Both the position numbers and the translations under genes were made by a program. A stretch of 63,892 bases of DNA, filler included, from Octopus bimaculoides (lineage: Eukaryota), in the NCBI RefSeq assembly GCF_001194135.2. It is 5 parts of 5 records of this genome, joined end to end, with 100 filler letters (N's around TTAATTAATTAA, not from the genome) between each part and the next. Parts side by side here need not be neighbours in the genome. Positions count along the whole stretch, not along the records: positions 12,618 to 32,341 come from NC_068984.1; 4 more parts are not named here. One strand, given 5' to 3'. The notes beneath the pieces are model-generated. The model was not told the origin of the DNA. It searched no databases and worked only from the letters and a program-made list of their open reading frames with translations. This document shows, piece by piece, positions 13,808 to 25,651 of the stretch (positions within the stretch are counted from its first letter, which is position 1; the number at the start of each line of letters is the position of its first letter).

Positions 13808-14184
13808 TTGTTGTTGGCACTCCGTCGCTTACTACGTTGAGGGTTCCAGTTGATCCGATCAACGGAACAGCCTGCTCGTGAAATTAACGTGTAACTGGCT
13901 GAGCACTCCACAGACACGTATACCCTTAACGTAGTTTTCGGGGATATTCAGCGTGACAGTTTGACAAGGCTGACCCTTTGTATTACAGGCACAACAGAAA
14001 CAGGAAGTAAGAGAAAGTTGTGGTGAAAGAGTACAGCAGGGTTCGCCACCATCCCCTGCCAGACCCTCGTGGAACTTTCGGTGTTTTCGCACAATAAACA
14101 CTCACAACGCCCGGTCTGGGAATCGAAACCGCGATCCTATGACCGCGAGTCCGCTGCCCTAACCACCGGGCCATTGCGCCTCCA
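13808..14184 (-). mobile_element. tRNA-derived SINE family B (head 1 + tail 1), inserted in the hAT element
   Basis: A-box TGGCCCGGTGG, B-box-like GGTTTCGATTCCC, tail ...ggaaccctcaacgtagtaagcgacggagtgccaacaacaa. Confidence 0.85.
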
Positions 14185-14306
14185 CATGATTTTATATATA
14201 TAATCATATTATACAAAAAGTGAGTTACTTGACACTGCTTCTTAGCAAAAAAAAAAGTATTTTTATTGAATATGAATTGGTCACATTATTAGTGAGATAC
14301 TTGACA

Positions 14307-16048
14307 CTACCTCTTAGATACAAGATCTTGAATGCATGGTTGAATGCCAGAGAGTGCACAACGTATGTCCCTTTCAACGTACAGCCTGTTTCTGTTCTTG
14401 GTTTTTACAGCAACGAGCGTGGAAAATGCAGCTTCACAAAGATACGTGGATTCAAACATAGCTAAAATCCGAAGACCCTGATGTGAGATCAGGGGATAAA
14501 CAAGAAAGTATTTGATCCAGAACGTTTCAAGATCCAGTTCTTTGAAGTCTTCCTTAGCTGGGGAGTTGAACTTCAGATCAAGAAACTCCTTGCACTTCAT
14601 CCAAAACATCAGTCACTTCACACTGAAATGTGTTCCTGATGAATTTCCAAGCTTTGCGCTTTTCATCTATATCTGGGAAGTATCTGATTAATTCTGTTTT
14701 CAAGTCAGTTAGATGAGTGATTATTTGTTTCTTTAACTCAGGATAAAAGGTTACTGTGAATGAGAGCAGAATCCAAATAACTAAAACTGGCTGTATTTCC
14801 CTGCTGAATTCGACATTTCCAAAGGACGAGTTTAGCCACGAAGGTTTGAGTGGTGTTATGGGGCGTGAGAATGGTGATATTTTCCCCTTGTAGTTTAAGG
14901 TTGAAAGCATTCAACACTTCGAATATGTCCACCAGGTAAGCTAGAGATAGCTGAAAGCCTTCAGACTGGAATTTGCCATGGAGATCTGCCTTCTGCTGCA
15001 AATCAAGAAATATTGCTACTTCTTCACGTAGTTCATAAAGCCGTCCAAGCATGTTTCCCTTTGATAGCCATCGTACGTTCGTGTGAAAAAGCATTGCTTC
15101 ATGTTCAGATTCCACATCTTTACACAACAGTTTGAAAAGACGACTGTTTAAGGCTCCAGCTTTAACAAAGTTGACAACCTTGATAACCATGCTCAGGATA
15201 TTTCTCATTTCAGTATGTAAGGTTCTGGATGCTAAGACTTCATGATGAAGTATGCAGTGTGTACATGCAACAGATGGGTTTTTTTGTTCTTTCTCCCTAA
15301 TAATGAATCCAGACTTCAGACCAAGTATGCTTGGAGCTCCATCAGTACCCACTCCTACCATCAAATCCCATGAAAGCCGATTTTCCTGAAAGAAGTTTGA
15401 TACAACACGAAAAATAGCTGCTGCTGTTGTACCACTATCCATAGGGTGACAGAACATTTCCTCTTTTACGCAATTGCCTGACACAAAACGAGGATATACC
15501 AGTATCTGAGAACACAGAATATCAGTCGTTTCGTCACACTGAATGGCAAAAACAGGAGAATCTCTTATTTGGTCAAGAATTTGATCTTTGATGTCTTGTG
15601 ACAAGTCATCGATCCTTCCATTGACTGTATCGTTTGATAATGAAATCTGGGAAAGCTTATTTGCACTATATTTCCCCGGAACGAATTCTGCTGCACGGAG
15701 TAGACTTGGTTTTATGAGAGACTCTACGATGTTATGGCTCTTCTTACCCTTTGCAATCAACATGGTGATCTCATAGAAAGCCACAACAGCCATTGAAATT
15801 TGTTGCCGAAATGCCCCACTACCGTCCAATTTTGCTTGCTTCAAGGAATATCTTTTTGCTTCAAAGAATGCCTTCGGGTAATCTCCAAGAGCAAGATGTG
15901 TTGTCCTCGAGTGGCGTTCCAAACGTGAGTGTCGTATTCTATCATTTTTCGCAGTTTTGTAACATATCACACATTGGGGGGACTTCTGGAGGGACACGAA
16001 TCTAAATCGAACGTATTCGTCAAGGTACTTCTGTTTCTTTGCACTCAT
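14307..16048 (-). pseudogene. hAT transposase (ZBED8/SCAND3/Buster-like), 436-aa open frame with frameshifted C-terminus
   Basis: BED-like CVIC..H, FAIQCDETTDI, VGTDGAPS, CILHHEVLAS (CxxH), HTNVRWLSKG. The hATC motif STYLCEAAFSTL..KTKNRNRL lies in a later frame (14307-14609). Confidence 0.9.
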
Positions 16049-17394
16049 TGCGAATTATCTGATGTGCAGTGGACAACACACATGTGAACAAAAGATAAGG
16101 TACGTGTAAGGTAATTTCAAGTTAGAGCGCTTGGAGTAAAAAGTTCTGAAAAAAAATTAAAACAAAAAATATTGGAATAAAAGTTGAAATTAAAAGAAAA
16201 GTTATGCGAAAAATTTGTATAATAAAATATTGTATTTATTTGTAAGAAAATATTTAAAAATGTTTCTTTAAAAAGGAAAAGATTTTGCATAGCCTTTAGT
16301 TTTACCTAGTACTTTCTGTAATATTTAAATCTGAATTTTAGTTTAACATTTGGCTTTATAGTATATTTTTTTTCTTACGGAAAAATTTACAATATTTTTA
16401 ACAAAACATTTTGGTTTTATTGTTAAATTTTTTATTTTTCCAATCTGTGTTTTAATTTTTTGGAGACTTTATTAAATTGAGCGATAGTAGAACCTATTAC
16501 GTACTTTTCGTTTTATTTCCTATTTTTGAATATATCATACTGTTCCTCTTGCTAACATTTTTAAATAGTTTTCATTTTTTAAATTAAGTTAATATTTCTT
16601 AGTATGTTACTATAATGATTTGATAATGTTTCGGCATGCCTCTTGACTTTTAAGAATCACATTATTAAACTTGTTCATAATCTACTAACTGAAAAAGATG
16701 TTTGTCTTCACACGATAATATCTATGCTTTATACCAGTGGTGCTTAACTTGAGTCTTGTTATAACAAAAAAAAAAATGACAAAATAAAGGCAAATGTTAA
16801 AGCTACAGTCCAGAATTAGTGAGGGTTTCGAAGGATATGAAGTTGGGTCAATAAGTACAGAAAATGCTAAGCGGCGCTAAGATAGCAGAATAAGAAAACT
16901 AAAGGAATAAGGATTTTTTGCATTTTTCCCTTAACTTCTCATTATTTGACTATGCTGTCGTTAAGAGAATACCAAATATAATTAGAGAAATTCCTGTTTT
17001 TTGTCAAGGGCTAGTGCCCTCCTTGGAAGTTACTGACGCCCCACCCCGCTAGTGGGGTGTTCAAGCATGGAGGCAGTCTAATGACTGGAACAAGTGAAAT
17101 ACGAAAGATATATGTAAGTTGAATTTTGGGAATCCGAGATAGACCGCTGGCTCTTGTATATTGCTGAGGCTTCCTATGGGGCTTCGTTCTACCATTTCCA
17201 TTACGGTCGTCGTGGTATCTGCTTCTCTGAACTTCTTAAGTGAATGTTCCTCCACATAAGACATTCTACATACCAGTATGTATTTCTGAGTATGTTATAT
17301 TTCGTATATATTGTTTCATTGTATGTTTTTCTCAAACCTTTCAGCCTACAGTTTCCATATTTAGACCAGGTTTTTATTTATTTACTCTTTGCTC

Positions 17395-17607
17395 TTTACT
17401 CTTTTACTCTTTTACTTGTTTCAGTCATTTAACTGTGGCCATGCTGGAGCACCGCCTTCAGTCGAGCAAATCGACTCCAGGACTTATTCTTTGTGAGCCT
17501 AGTACTTATTCTATCGGTCTCTTTTGCCGAACCGCTAAGTTACGGGGACGTAAACACACCAGCATCGGTTGTTAAGTGATGTTGGGGGCACAAACACAGA
17601 CACACAC

Positions 17608-17672
<65 letters not shown>

Positions 17673-17830
17673 TACCACGGGCTTCTTTCAGTTTCCGTCT
17701 ACCAAATCCACTCACAAAGCTTTGGTCGGCCCGAGGCTAGTTGAAGACACTTGCCCAAGGTGCCACGCAGTGGGACTGAACCCGGAAACATGTGGTTCGT
17801 AAGCAAGCTACTTACCACACAACCACTCCT
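17395..17830 (-). mobile_element. tRNA-derived SINE family A (internal TA/CA microsatellite)
   Basis: aggagtggttgtgtggtaag head, B-box GGTTCAGTCCC, tail gactgaaacaagtaaaagagtaaaagag. Confidence 0.85.
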
Positions 17831-18999
17831 ATTTGTTTAGTTATGTATTTTTGTATTTATTTATTCATTCATTCATTCATTTCTTGGAGTCATTGACCTG
17901 CACATTATGAAAAGCTAATCGTAAATATTCTGACAGGTGGGGGAAGTTACAAGGTTCATTGCTCTAACAGTGTGTGTGTGTGTGTACACATTTACAACGT
18001 TATAATATGCTATGGATTCAAGACAAAAAAGAAATCTGCTTCTTGAAAACGTTTAATTGCATACCCTCCAATTTAGCCTATCCCACACGACTCGCTATCT
18101 TGTTTGTTATAAAGCTTATTTACATAACTCTCTAAATACTTTCCTCAAGCCCTTTCGTCCAGAATTTCAGCATTGAGAAATTTCTTGAATGCAAGTTTTA
18201 TATATTTATTTATATATTTATTTATTCATTTATTTATTCATTGTTGCCGAAGTCAACTTTGTTATTCATCCTTTCAGGGTCCAGAAAATAAGTACCAGTT
18301 GTGGACTAAGTACAATATACTCGACATCACCCGTCCCTAAAAATTGTTGTTCTGGTGCCAAAATTAGAATTATTTATTTATTTACTTTTATAACTAATCG
18401 TTTCCTAGTGGCGTGGATCTAGTCATGTCTAAACTTGCCATGGATCTCACAGGTCCTGGGTAGAGCAGGTGGCCACGAGGTACGTAGACTTTGCCTCTCC
18501 TTAAAGGGCTTACCCATATAATCATACGCACTGTTAAAATATATTTCATTTTTCGTAACTCACTAAACACTTCTCAAAGAGGTAATATTTATTACCACTT
18601 AAACGTGGTTGTTCTATTAGAATAAACTATACTGCCGTAGATACCATGGCAGAGACTCATATAGGCTTTTGGTGCAAAATGCCCTTTGCACCAAAAGCAA
18701 ATGTGAGAGTTTCTCTTGTGACATCTACCATCTTTCTCTTCCTGCACGGTCGTTTAAACCAACAGACGTGTTTTTCACTCTCTCTCTCTTCTATCTTTCA
18801 TCTTATCGAAAGAAATCTTTCTCCAAACGTTCACTATTTTCCTCTCGTTCTGGTTCACTATTTTCCTCTCGTTCTGGTCTAACGACCCTCCCTGTTTGTG
18901 GGGTTTTTTTTGGCCTTTTTGTATGTCTCCACTGTCATGTTTTTGTTCTCAGTTTTGACCCTCCTTAAATCCTAAATTTTATTTTAGAACTTATGGGAG

Positions 19000-19180
19000 C
19001 AACTGTCTTTCAAGACTCCTATTGTCGTTGAATGCTCGAAATGAGGAGTAAATAGACAGCCGACGACTGATGAAGAGTCCTTTTCCTCTGTTAACTTGTC
19101 CTGTTTTCCTTTTTGCTCGTTGTTTACGTATTTCATGTTATTTGCACCGTTGGTAACGTCCTGTACCCATATATGCATGT

Positions 19181-19216
<36 letters not shown>

Positions 19217-19420
19217 AATATATGAGTATATGCATATATATGTACATGTATGTACATACCTTCATCTACATATACATATAGATACATATCTGGTACATGA
19301 CGTTGCAAAAAAACATGGACAAAATGATAAACAAGGTACAAAAAACAAGCAGGCCACATAGAGAACATATCCTTCATCAGCTGTCACCATTAAAACACTG
19401 GCGTTTCGAAGAGTTAGAGC
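19000..19420. mobile_element. PLE-associated non-autonomous repeat, two pieces in opposite orientation around (TA)n
   Basis: 19185-19420 is homologous to 57067-57300; 19000-19185 is homologous to ~28520-28740. Confidence 0.5.
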
Positions 19421-19506
19421 ATATATATAAACAACAGGTTTTCTATTGAAGTTATATGTGTTATAAAACATATCAACATCAAAACAAGTCAACCATGCAT
19501 CAGAGG

Positions 19507-19930
19507 AAATACATCCTATCACATTATTTCAATTAATCTACTTCTTAAAACTCTCCCTATTCATACTTGTTTCAGGTCAACAATCTGACAGAATACTCGT
19601 TGACTTCCACCATTCTGACTGAAGCATGATGACGAAGCAAAGTATTTGAAAGTCATCCAGTGATTGATGCGCTTAAAAACAGAAACCGTTAGCACTTTTG
19701 TTCATTAATTTTCAATCAAGTGGCGTCGCTGTGTGGTAAGAAGCTTAATGGTTTCCGAGTTCAAGCGCACCAATCACTGGATGACTTTCAAATACTTTGC
19801 CTCGTCATCATGCTTCAGTCAGAATGGTGGAAGTCAACGAGTATTCTGTCAGGTTGTTAACCTGAAACAAGTATGAATACGGAGAGTTTTATGAAGTAGA
19901 TTAATTGAAATAATGTGATAGGGTGTATTT
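19507..19930. repeat. Long inverted repeat, ~187-bp arms, ~48-bp spacer
   Basis: 19507-19693 is the reverse complement of 19742-19930 with few mismatches. Confidence 0.9.
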
Positions 19931-19969
19931 GGGGTATTTGTTTCTGGCGCAGAAACAAAAACCCCAAAT

Positions 19970-20280
19970 TCATTATATTCCCTTTCTATCAATGTAAAGA
20001 CAGAATCTCCACACAAGAAAGAATCAACAAGGAGAATTTTTTCATAGAGAAATTCCAACCATTTCTTAACACACACACCCCTCAGTGACCTTATTTCTCT
20101 ATGAACAGACACAAACTTCCTGTTGAAAAAGAGTTCATAACTCCAACTAAAAACACTTGTCTCCCCTTACACACACTTCCTGTTTTGACACCACATTTCC
20201 TGCTTAACACAAACTTTTAACCCTTTTTTTAAACCTAACAAAACTCTCAACTCTCATGCATCCTTATTTTTCCTACCAGT
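19970..20280 (+). mobile_element. Penelope-like element 3' end (end of GIY-YIG domain plus tail)
   Basis: FIIFPFYQCKDRISTQERINKENFFIEKFQPFLNT resembles the PLE endonuclease C-terminus. Confidence 0.6.
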
Positions 20281-21527
20281 TTATACATGAACTCCTATTG
20301 AACTACAAAAGCTCAAAGACAATATAATGTATGGGTNNNNNNNNNNNNNNNNNNNNNNNNNNNNNNNNNNNNNNNNNNNNNNNNNNNNNNNNNNNNNNNN
20401 NNNNNNNNNNNNNNNNNNNNNNNNNNNNNNNNNNNNNNNNNNNNNNNNNNNNNNNNNNNNNNNNNNNNNNNNNNNNNNNNNNNNNNNNNNNNNNNNNNNN
20501 NNNNNNNNNNNNNNNNNNNNNNNNNNNNNNNNNNNNNNNNNNNNNNNNNNNNNNNNNNNNNNNNNNNNNNNNNNNNNNNNNNNNNNNNNNNNNNNNNNNN
20601 NNNNNNNNNNNNNNNNNNNNNNNNNNNNNNNNNNNNNNNNNNNNNNNNNNNNNNNNNNNNNNNNNNNNNNNNNNNNNNNNNNNNNNNNNNNNNNNNNNNN
20701 NNNNNNGACAAGAACGCAAAACATCCAGACAGTTAGGTGATACAAGAAAGGGACTACAAAACATCCAGATAGACGATACAAAGAAAACACGGACAGGTCA
20801 TTCGGAGTTTTCTTTCATCAGTCGAGATCCATATTATCTTTGCAATTTCGGCTGGTTATACTCGATATTGCTTCAATCTGGCTAGCCCCAAGGAAAAACT
20901 AAGCTAAGCGCATTAGATTCCTTGGAAGAAAGCAGCGAATGTATACAAAAACAAGGACGGGAAAAAGACGAGCAATATTGCACAAATACAATAAAAATAG
21001 GACATCTGTTGTTATGTCCTGTTATTATTTTTATTGTATTTATGTAACATGACATGGTTCTGGGATCAGTCCCACTGCGTAGCACCTTGGGCAAGTGTCT
21101 TCTACTATAGCCTCAGGCCAGCCAAAGCCTTGTGTGTGGATTTACGCATTTGTCAGTACATACAGCTGTTATGACTTCTCTCCCTCACTTCATATCTTCA
21201 TCGTAGATGGGTTTATTTACTAGTATAGTATAATAGGATATTATTCCTGTTTCACATGGTTGACTTCTTTTGATGTTAACAACCTTGTAAGACAGATTCA
21301 GCTTCAATCGAAAGCCTATTCAATAGCTGTTTATTTACTTGTCTGTGAATCTTATTTGTGAATCAAGAAAGGAGAGGTAGTAGCAATGAACTTAGCAATT
21401 CTCCTGCCAGGACGAGTGAGTTTCATAAGCTCGAACAAGTGTAGGGTGATGACTCCACGGTCACGAAGAAATAAATAAACAGATAAAAAGAAAAATAAGT
21501 ATAAGTATGGTCTTATATAAGTGTGTT

Positions 21528-21605
<78 letters not shown>

Positions 21606-22369
21606 TATTGGTGTACGTCTAGTAATTAGAAATGCTAACGCATAGATTAACGCACAATAGCTAAAAGGCAAAAACTAATCACACACACACACACACACAC
21701 ACATATNNNNNNNNNNNNNNNNNNNNNNNNNNNNNNNNNNNNNNNNNNNNNNNNNNNNNNNNNNNNNNNNNNNNNNNNNNNNNNNNNNNNNNNNNNNNNN
21801 NATATATATATATATATAAGACCATACTACAATCATCAGGAAGGCATCAGCTTACAATGAAAGTGAAAAAAGATAAATTTGTTCCACGTGAAATAAGTGC
21901 TGCAAACAAGATCCATCGTTTGGCAGTCCGTTTTTTCCTTCTTAGGCGAATCGAAAGGAGACCATTTTCGAAAAGAAAAATCACTTGTCACTAAATATGG
22001 GTCTTTTATGACAACAGTAAAATCTCTTTGCAATGGCCTGGAGCTGAAGAGTTACCTAAAGAGCTAGCAGCTGAAGAGTTGCGCTTCAAAAGTTCCTTTA
22101 CACTCCCAAAAGTTAGAGTTACTCTTTGGTGACACAGTCAAGGAATCAACCATTATTCCTTTCTACAGCCAAAAGAAAGAGCCACAGCCTGAATTTACTG
22201 TTAGCATTTTAAGGAAATGAATTCCAAATTAACCAGGAAATATTTGGCATTGATAAAGAGTCCAAAGCTTATATACTTGCATGGTGATGGCGAGACCAAA
22301 GCAAAGTCCCAACCACATGATTCCGGTTTCAGACTCACTGCATGACACTTTGTGCAAGTATCTTCTACT

Positions 22370-22665
22370 ATAGCCTCAGACCGACTCATGCCTCGTGAGT
22401 AAACTTAGTAGACAGAAATTGAAAGTCCATCGTATGTCTATGTGTGTGTGTTTTTGTCTATGCTTTTGTCACACACACTACCGCTTGACAACCGGTTTTG
22501 GTGTGTTTACCTTTCCGTAAACTAGCAGTTCGGCATCAGAGACCGATCGAATAAGTACTAGGCATTAAAAAATAAGTCCTAGGGTCGATTTGTTCGACTA
22601 AAACCTTTCAAGAAGGTATATCAGCATGGCTGCAGTCAAATGACTGAAACAAGTAAAGATAAATA
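22370..22665 (+). mobile_element. SINE family A, 5'-truncated
   Basis: gtagacagaaattgaaag...gactgaaacaagtaaag. Confidence 0.7.
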
Positions 22666-22837
22666 ATGGATCATCCTCCATATTCCAATAGTTTATCACC
22701 AGAAGAGTATCGTTTATTTCACCACCTTGAATTTTTCATTTGTGACAGAAAGTATGCAAAGAAGTAGTAACAGCATTTGAACCATTTGTATCTTCAAAAG
22801 ACGTTCATTTTTCAAAGTAATACATGAATATCTTTAA

Positions 22838-23050
22838 GGTGACGAGCTGGCAGAATCATTACTTCGTCGGCCAAAATGCATAACTACATTTCGCCCAACT
22901 TTGCGTTCTGAGTTCAAATGCTGCGGATGTCGACTTCAGTCCTTGATCCTTTCGGGATCAATCAAATAAGAAGTAGCTGAGAAGTAGGGCTCAATATAAT
23001 CGACTTTCCTTCTCCCTTGAAATTGCTGGCCTTGTGCCAAAATTTGAAAC
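22838..23050 (+). mobile_element. SINE family C
   Basis: ggtgacgagctggcagaatc head, gagttcaaat B-box, central domain. Confidence 0.7.
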
Positions 23051-23052
23051 TA

Positions 23053-23277
23053 TTGGCTTGGTGCATAATTATTGCGGGTTTTTTCAACAAATTTTATTCA
23101 ACAAAAACAATAACAACATGTAACAAAAACATCTTTAAATGATTATCCCGGAGCATATTCACCATCTACTTCAAGTACTGCTTCCCATTTGCTTGGCAGA
23201 CGGTCAAACCTTCATTTTAAAATGTTTTTGTTAAATATTGTTATGTTTTTGTTGAATAAAATTTGTTGTTAAAAAGC
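23053..23277. mobile_element. Mariner-derived MITE running into a gap
   Basis: TA|TTGGCTTGGTGCATAATTATTGCGG mariner-type end; ~60-bp inverted arms at ~23080-23140 and ~23212-23277. Confidence 0.65.
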
Positions 23278-24373
23278 NNNNNNNNNNNNNNNNNNNNNNN
23301 NNNNNNNNNNNNNNNNNNNNNNNNNNNNNNNNNNNNNNNNNNNNNNNNNNNNNNNNNNNNNNNNNNNNNNNNNNNNNNNNNNNNNNNNNNNNNNNNNNNN
23401 NNNNNNNNNNNNNNNNNNNNNNNNNNNNNNNNNNNNNNNNNNNNNNNNNNNNNNNNNNNNNNNNNNNNNNNNNNNNNNNNNNNNNNNNNNNNNNNNNNNN
23501 NNNNNNNNNNNNNNNNNNNNNNNNNNNNNNNNNNNNNNNNNNNNNNNNNNNNNNNNNNNNNNNNNNNNNNNNNNNNNNNNNNNNNNNNNNNNNNNNNNNN
23601 NNNNNNNNNNNNNNNNNNNNNNNNNNNNNNNNNNNNNNNNNNNNNNNNNNNNNNNNNNNNNNNNNNNNNNNNNNNNNNNNNNNNNNNNNNNNNNNNNNNN
23701 NNNNNNNNNNNNNNNNNNNNNNNNNNNNNNNNNNNNNNNNNNNNNNNNNNNNNNNNNNNNNNNNNNNNNNNNNNNNNNNNNNNNNNNNNNNNNNNNNNNN
23801 NNNNNNNNNNNNNNNNNNNNNNNNNNNNNNNNNNNNNNNNNNNNNNNNNNNNNNNNNNNNNNNNNNNNNNNNNNNNNNNNNNNNNNNNNNNNNNNNNNNN
23901 NNNNNNNNNNNNNNNNNNNNNNNNNNNNNNNNNNNNNNNNNNNNNNNNNNNNNNNNNNNNNNNNNNNNNNNNNNNNNNNNNNNNNNNNNNNNNNNNNNNN
24001 NNNNNNNNNNNNNNNNNNNNNNNNNNNNNNNNNNNNNNNNNNNNNNNNNNNNNNNNNNNNNNNNNNNNNNNNNNNGTGTGTGTGTGTGTGTGCCCGCGAG
24101 TGTAATCTTATCTGTGAATCAAGAAAAGAGAGGGAGTATCAATGTCCTTTCGCCATAACCTGTGAGTGCGATTAAAGGCACAAACGTATGTAAATAAATA
24201 AGTCTGTGATCATATCTAGATCATATGTATGTATGCAAGTATGCGTGTACACCTACACATATTAACGCATAGATCAAAACAGACTAGTCAAAACCCAAAC
24301 ACCTAATTTACAACACACATGCATACATACGCGCGCGCACACATACACGCCCGCACATATTCTTACCACACAT

Positions 24374-24835
24374 GCAGGCGTAGGCCTGGCTGTGTGGTAA
24401 GAAGCTTGCTTCCTTACCACATGGTTCCGGGTTCAGACCCACTGCGTGGTACTCTGGGCAAGTGTCTTCTACTATAGCCTCGGACCAACCAAAGCTTTGT
24501 GAATGGATTTTGTAGACAGAAACTGAAAGAAGCCCACCGTGTATATATATGCATACACACACATGTGTATACATACATGTGTGTATGTGAGTGTGTGTAG
24601 GTATGTATATGTGTGTCTTTGTGTGTGTATTTGATCTCAACACTGCCGATTGACAACCGGTGCTGGTATGTTTCGTCCTGTAACTTAGAGGTTCGGCAAA
24701 GAGACCGATAGAATAAGTACCATGCTTTAAAAGGAAAAAAAACTAAATACTAAATACTGTGACTAAAAATTCTTCAACGCGGTACTCCAACATGACCACA
24801 GTCTAATCACTGAAACAAGTAAAAGATAAAAGATT
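24374..24835 (+). mobile_element. SINE family A
   Basis: Same head, microsatellite and tail organisation. Confidence 0.85.
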
Positions 24836-25293
24836 CATATGTATGCACTCAAGGTGTGTACGCGAAGACAATGTATGTTACTCATTCATTGGTTCTTTCT
24901 GCAAATAGGAAAATGGTCTTGTCAGCAACCACTTGTGTTTCTAGTTTCGTTAGGGGAGCAAACTCGAATTACCAAATATTTTATCGGATTTGGTGTTCTT
25001 ATTAGTTGCCTAGATAGAAATGCTCTTTCGATTCAACTGAGTCTGTTCAAAAGGACATAATTATGATGCGTCTATTTATAAGAATACATTTTCTACATTA
25101 CAAATGCAAAAAGTATGTATGTATATATTATTATAATGTACTATATAATAGTATATTATAATAATATTTATTCACCTATTTGAAACGATAATTTTTAAAT
25201 ACAACCAAATGACCGAAAAATGATGAGCTTGTATGTATGATGAGGCCATAAGCAACTAATGGATGCTGTATTGTTACTAGTTATAGGACTTGT

Positions 25294-25651
25294 GGGGGCG
25301 CAATGGCCCAGTGGTTAGGTCAGCGGACTTGCAGTCATAGGATCGCGGTTTCGATTCCCAGACCGGGCGTTGTGAGTGTTTATTGAGCGAAAACACCTAA
25401 AGCTCCATGAGGCTCCGGCAGGGGATGGTGGCGAACCCTGCTGTACTCTTCCACCACTACTTTCTCTCACTCTTACTTCCTGTTTCTGTTGTGCCTGGAA
25501 TTCAAAGGGTCAGCCTTGTCACACTGTGTCACGCTGAATATCCCCGAGAACTACGTTAAGGGTACACGTGTCTGTGGAGTGCTCAGCCACTTGCACGTTA
25601 ATTTCACGAGCAGGCTGTTCCGTTGATCGGATTAACTGGAACCCAACAACA
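25294..25651 (+). mobile_element. SINE family B
   Basis: Full head and tail as above. Confidence 0.85.

Larger units (their letters stand above)
13627..16100 (-). mobile_element. hAT DNA transposon, Buster/Charlie type (one end visible)
   Basis: TIR-like CAGTGGTTGTTAACC at 13627 preceded by 8-mer GACTAGAC (nnnTAnnn, Buster-type target), plus internal transposase. A SINE is inserted at ~13808-14184. Opposite TIR not found. Confidence 0.85.

Noticed and set aside
16736-17070. Second CAGTGGTGCTTAAC hAT-like end
   Set aside because: Same orientation as the 13627 TIR, so it cannot close that element; no convincing partner TIR or TSD.
21504-21830. 16-bp inverted match AGTATGGTCTTATATA around a microsatellite and gap
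   Set aside because: Short, partly low-complexity and spans a gap.
25294-25365. tRNA-like sequences with A and B boxes (also in other SINE heads)
   Set aside because: SINE heads without a complete cloverleaf; not tRNA genes.
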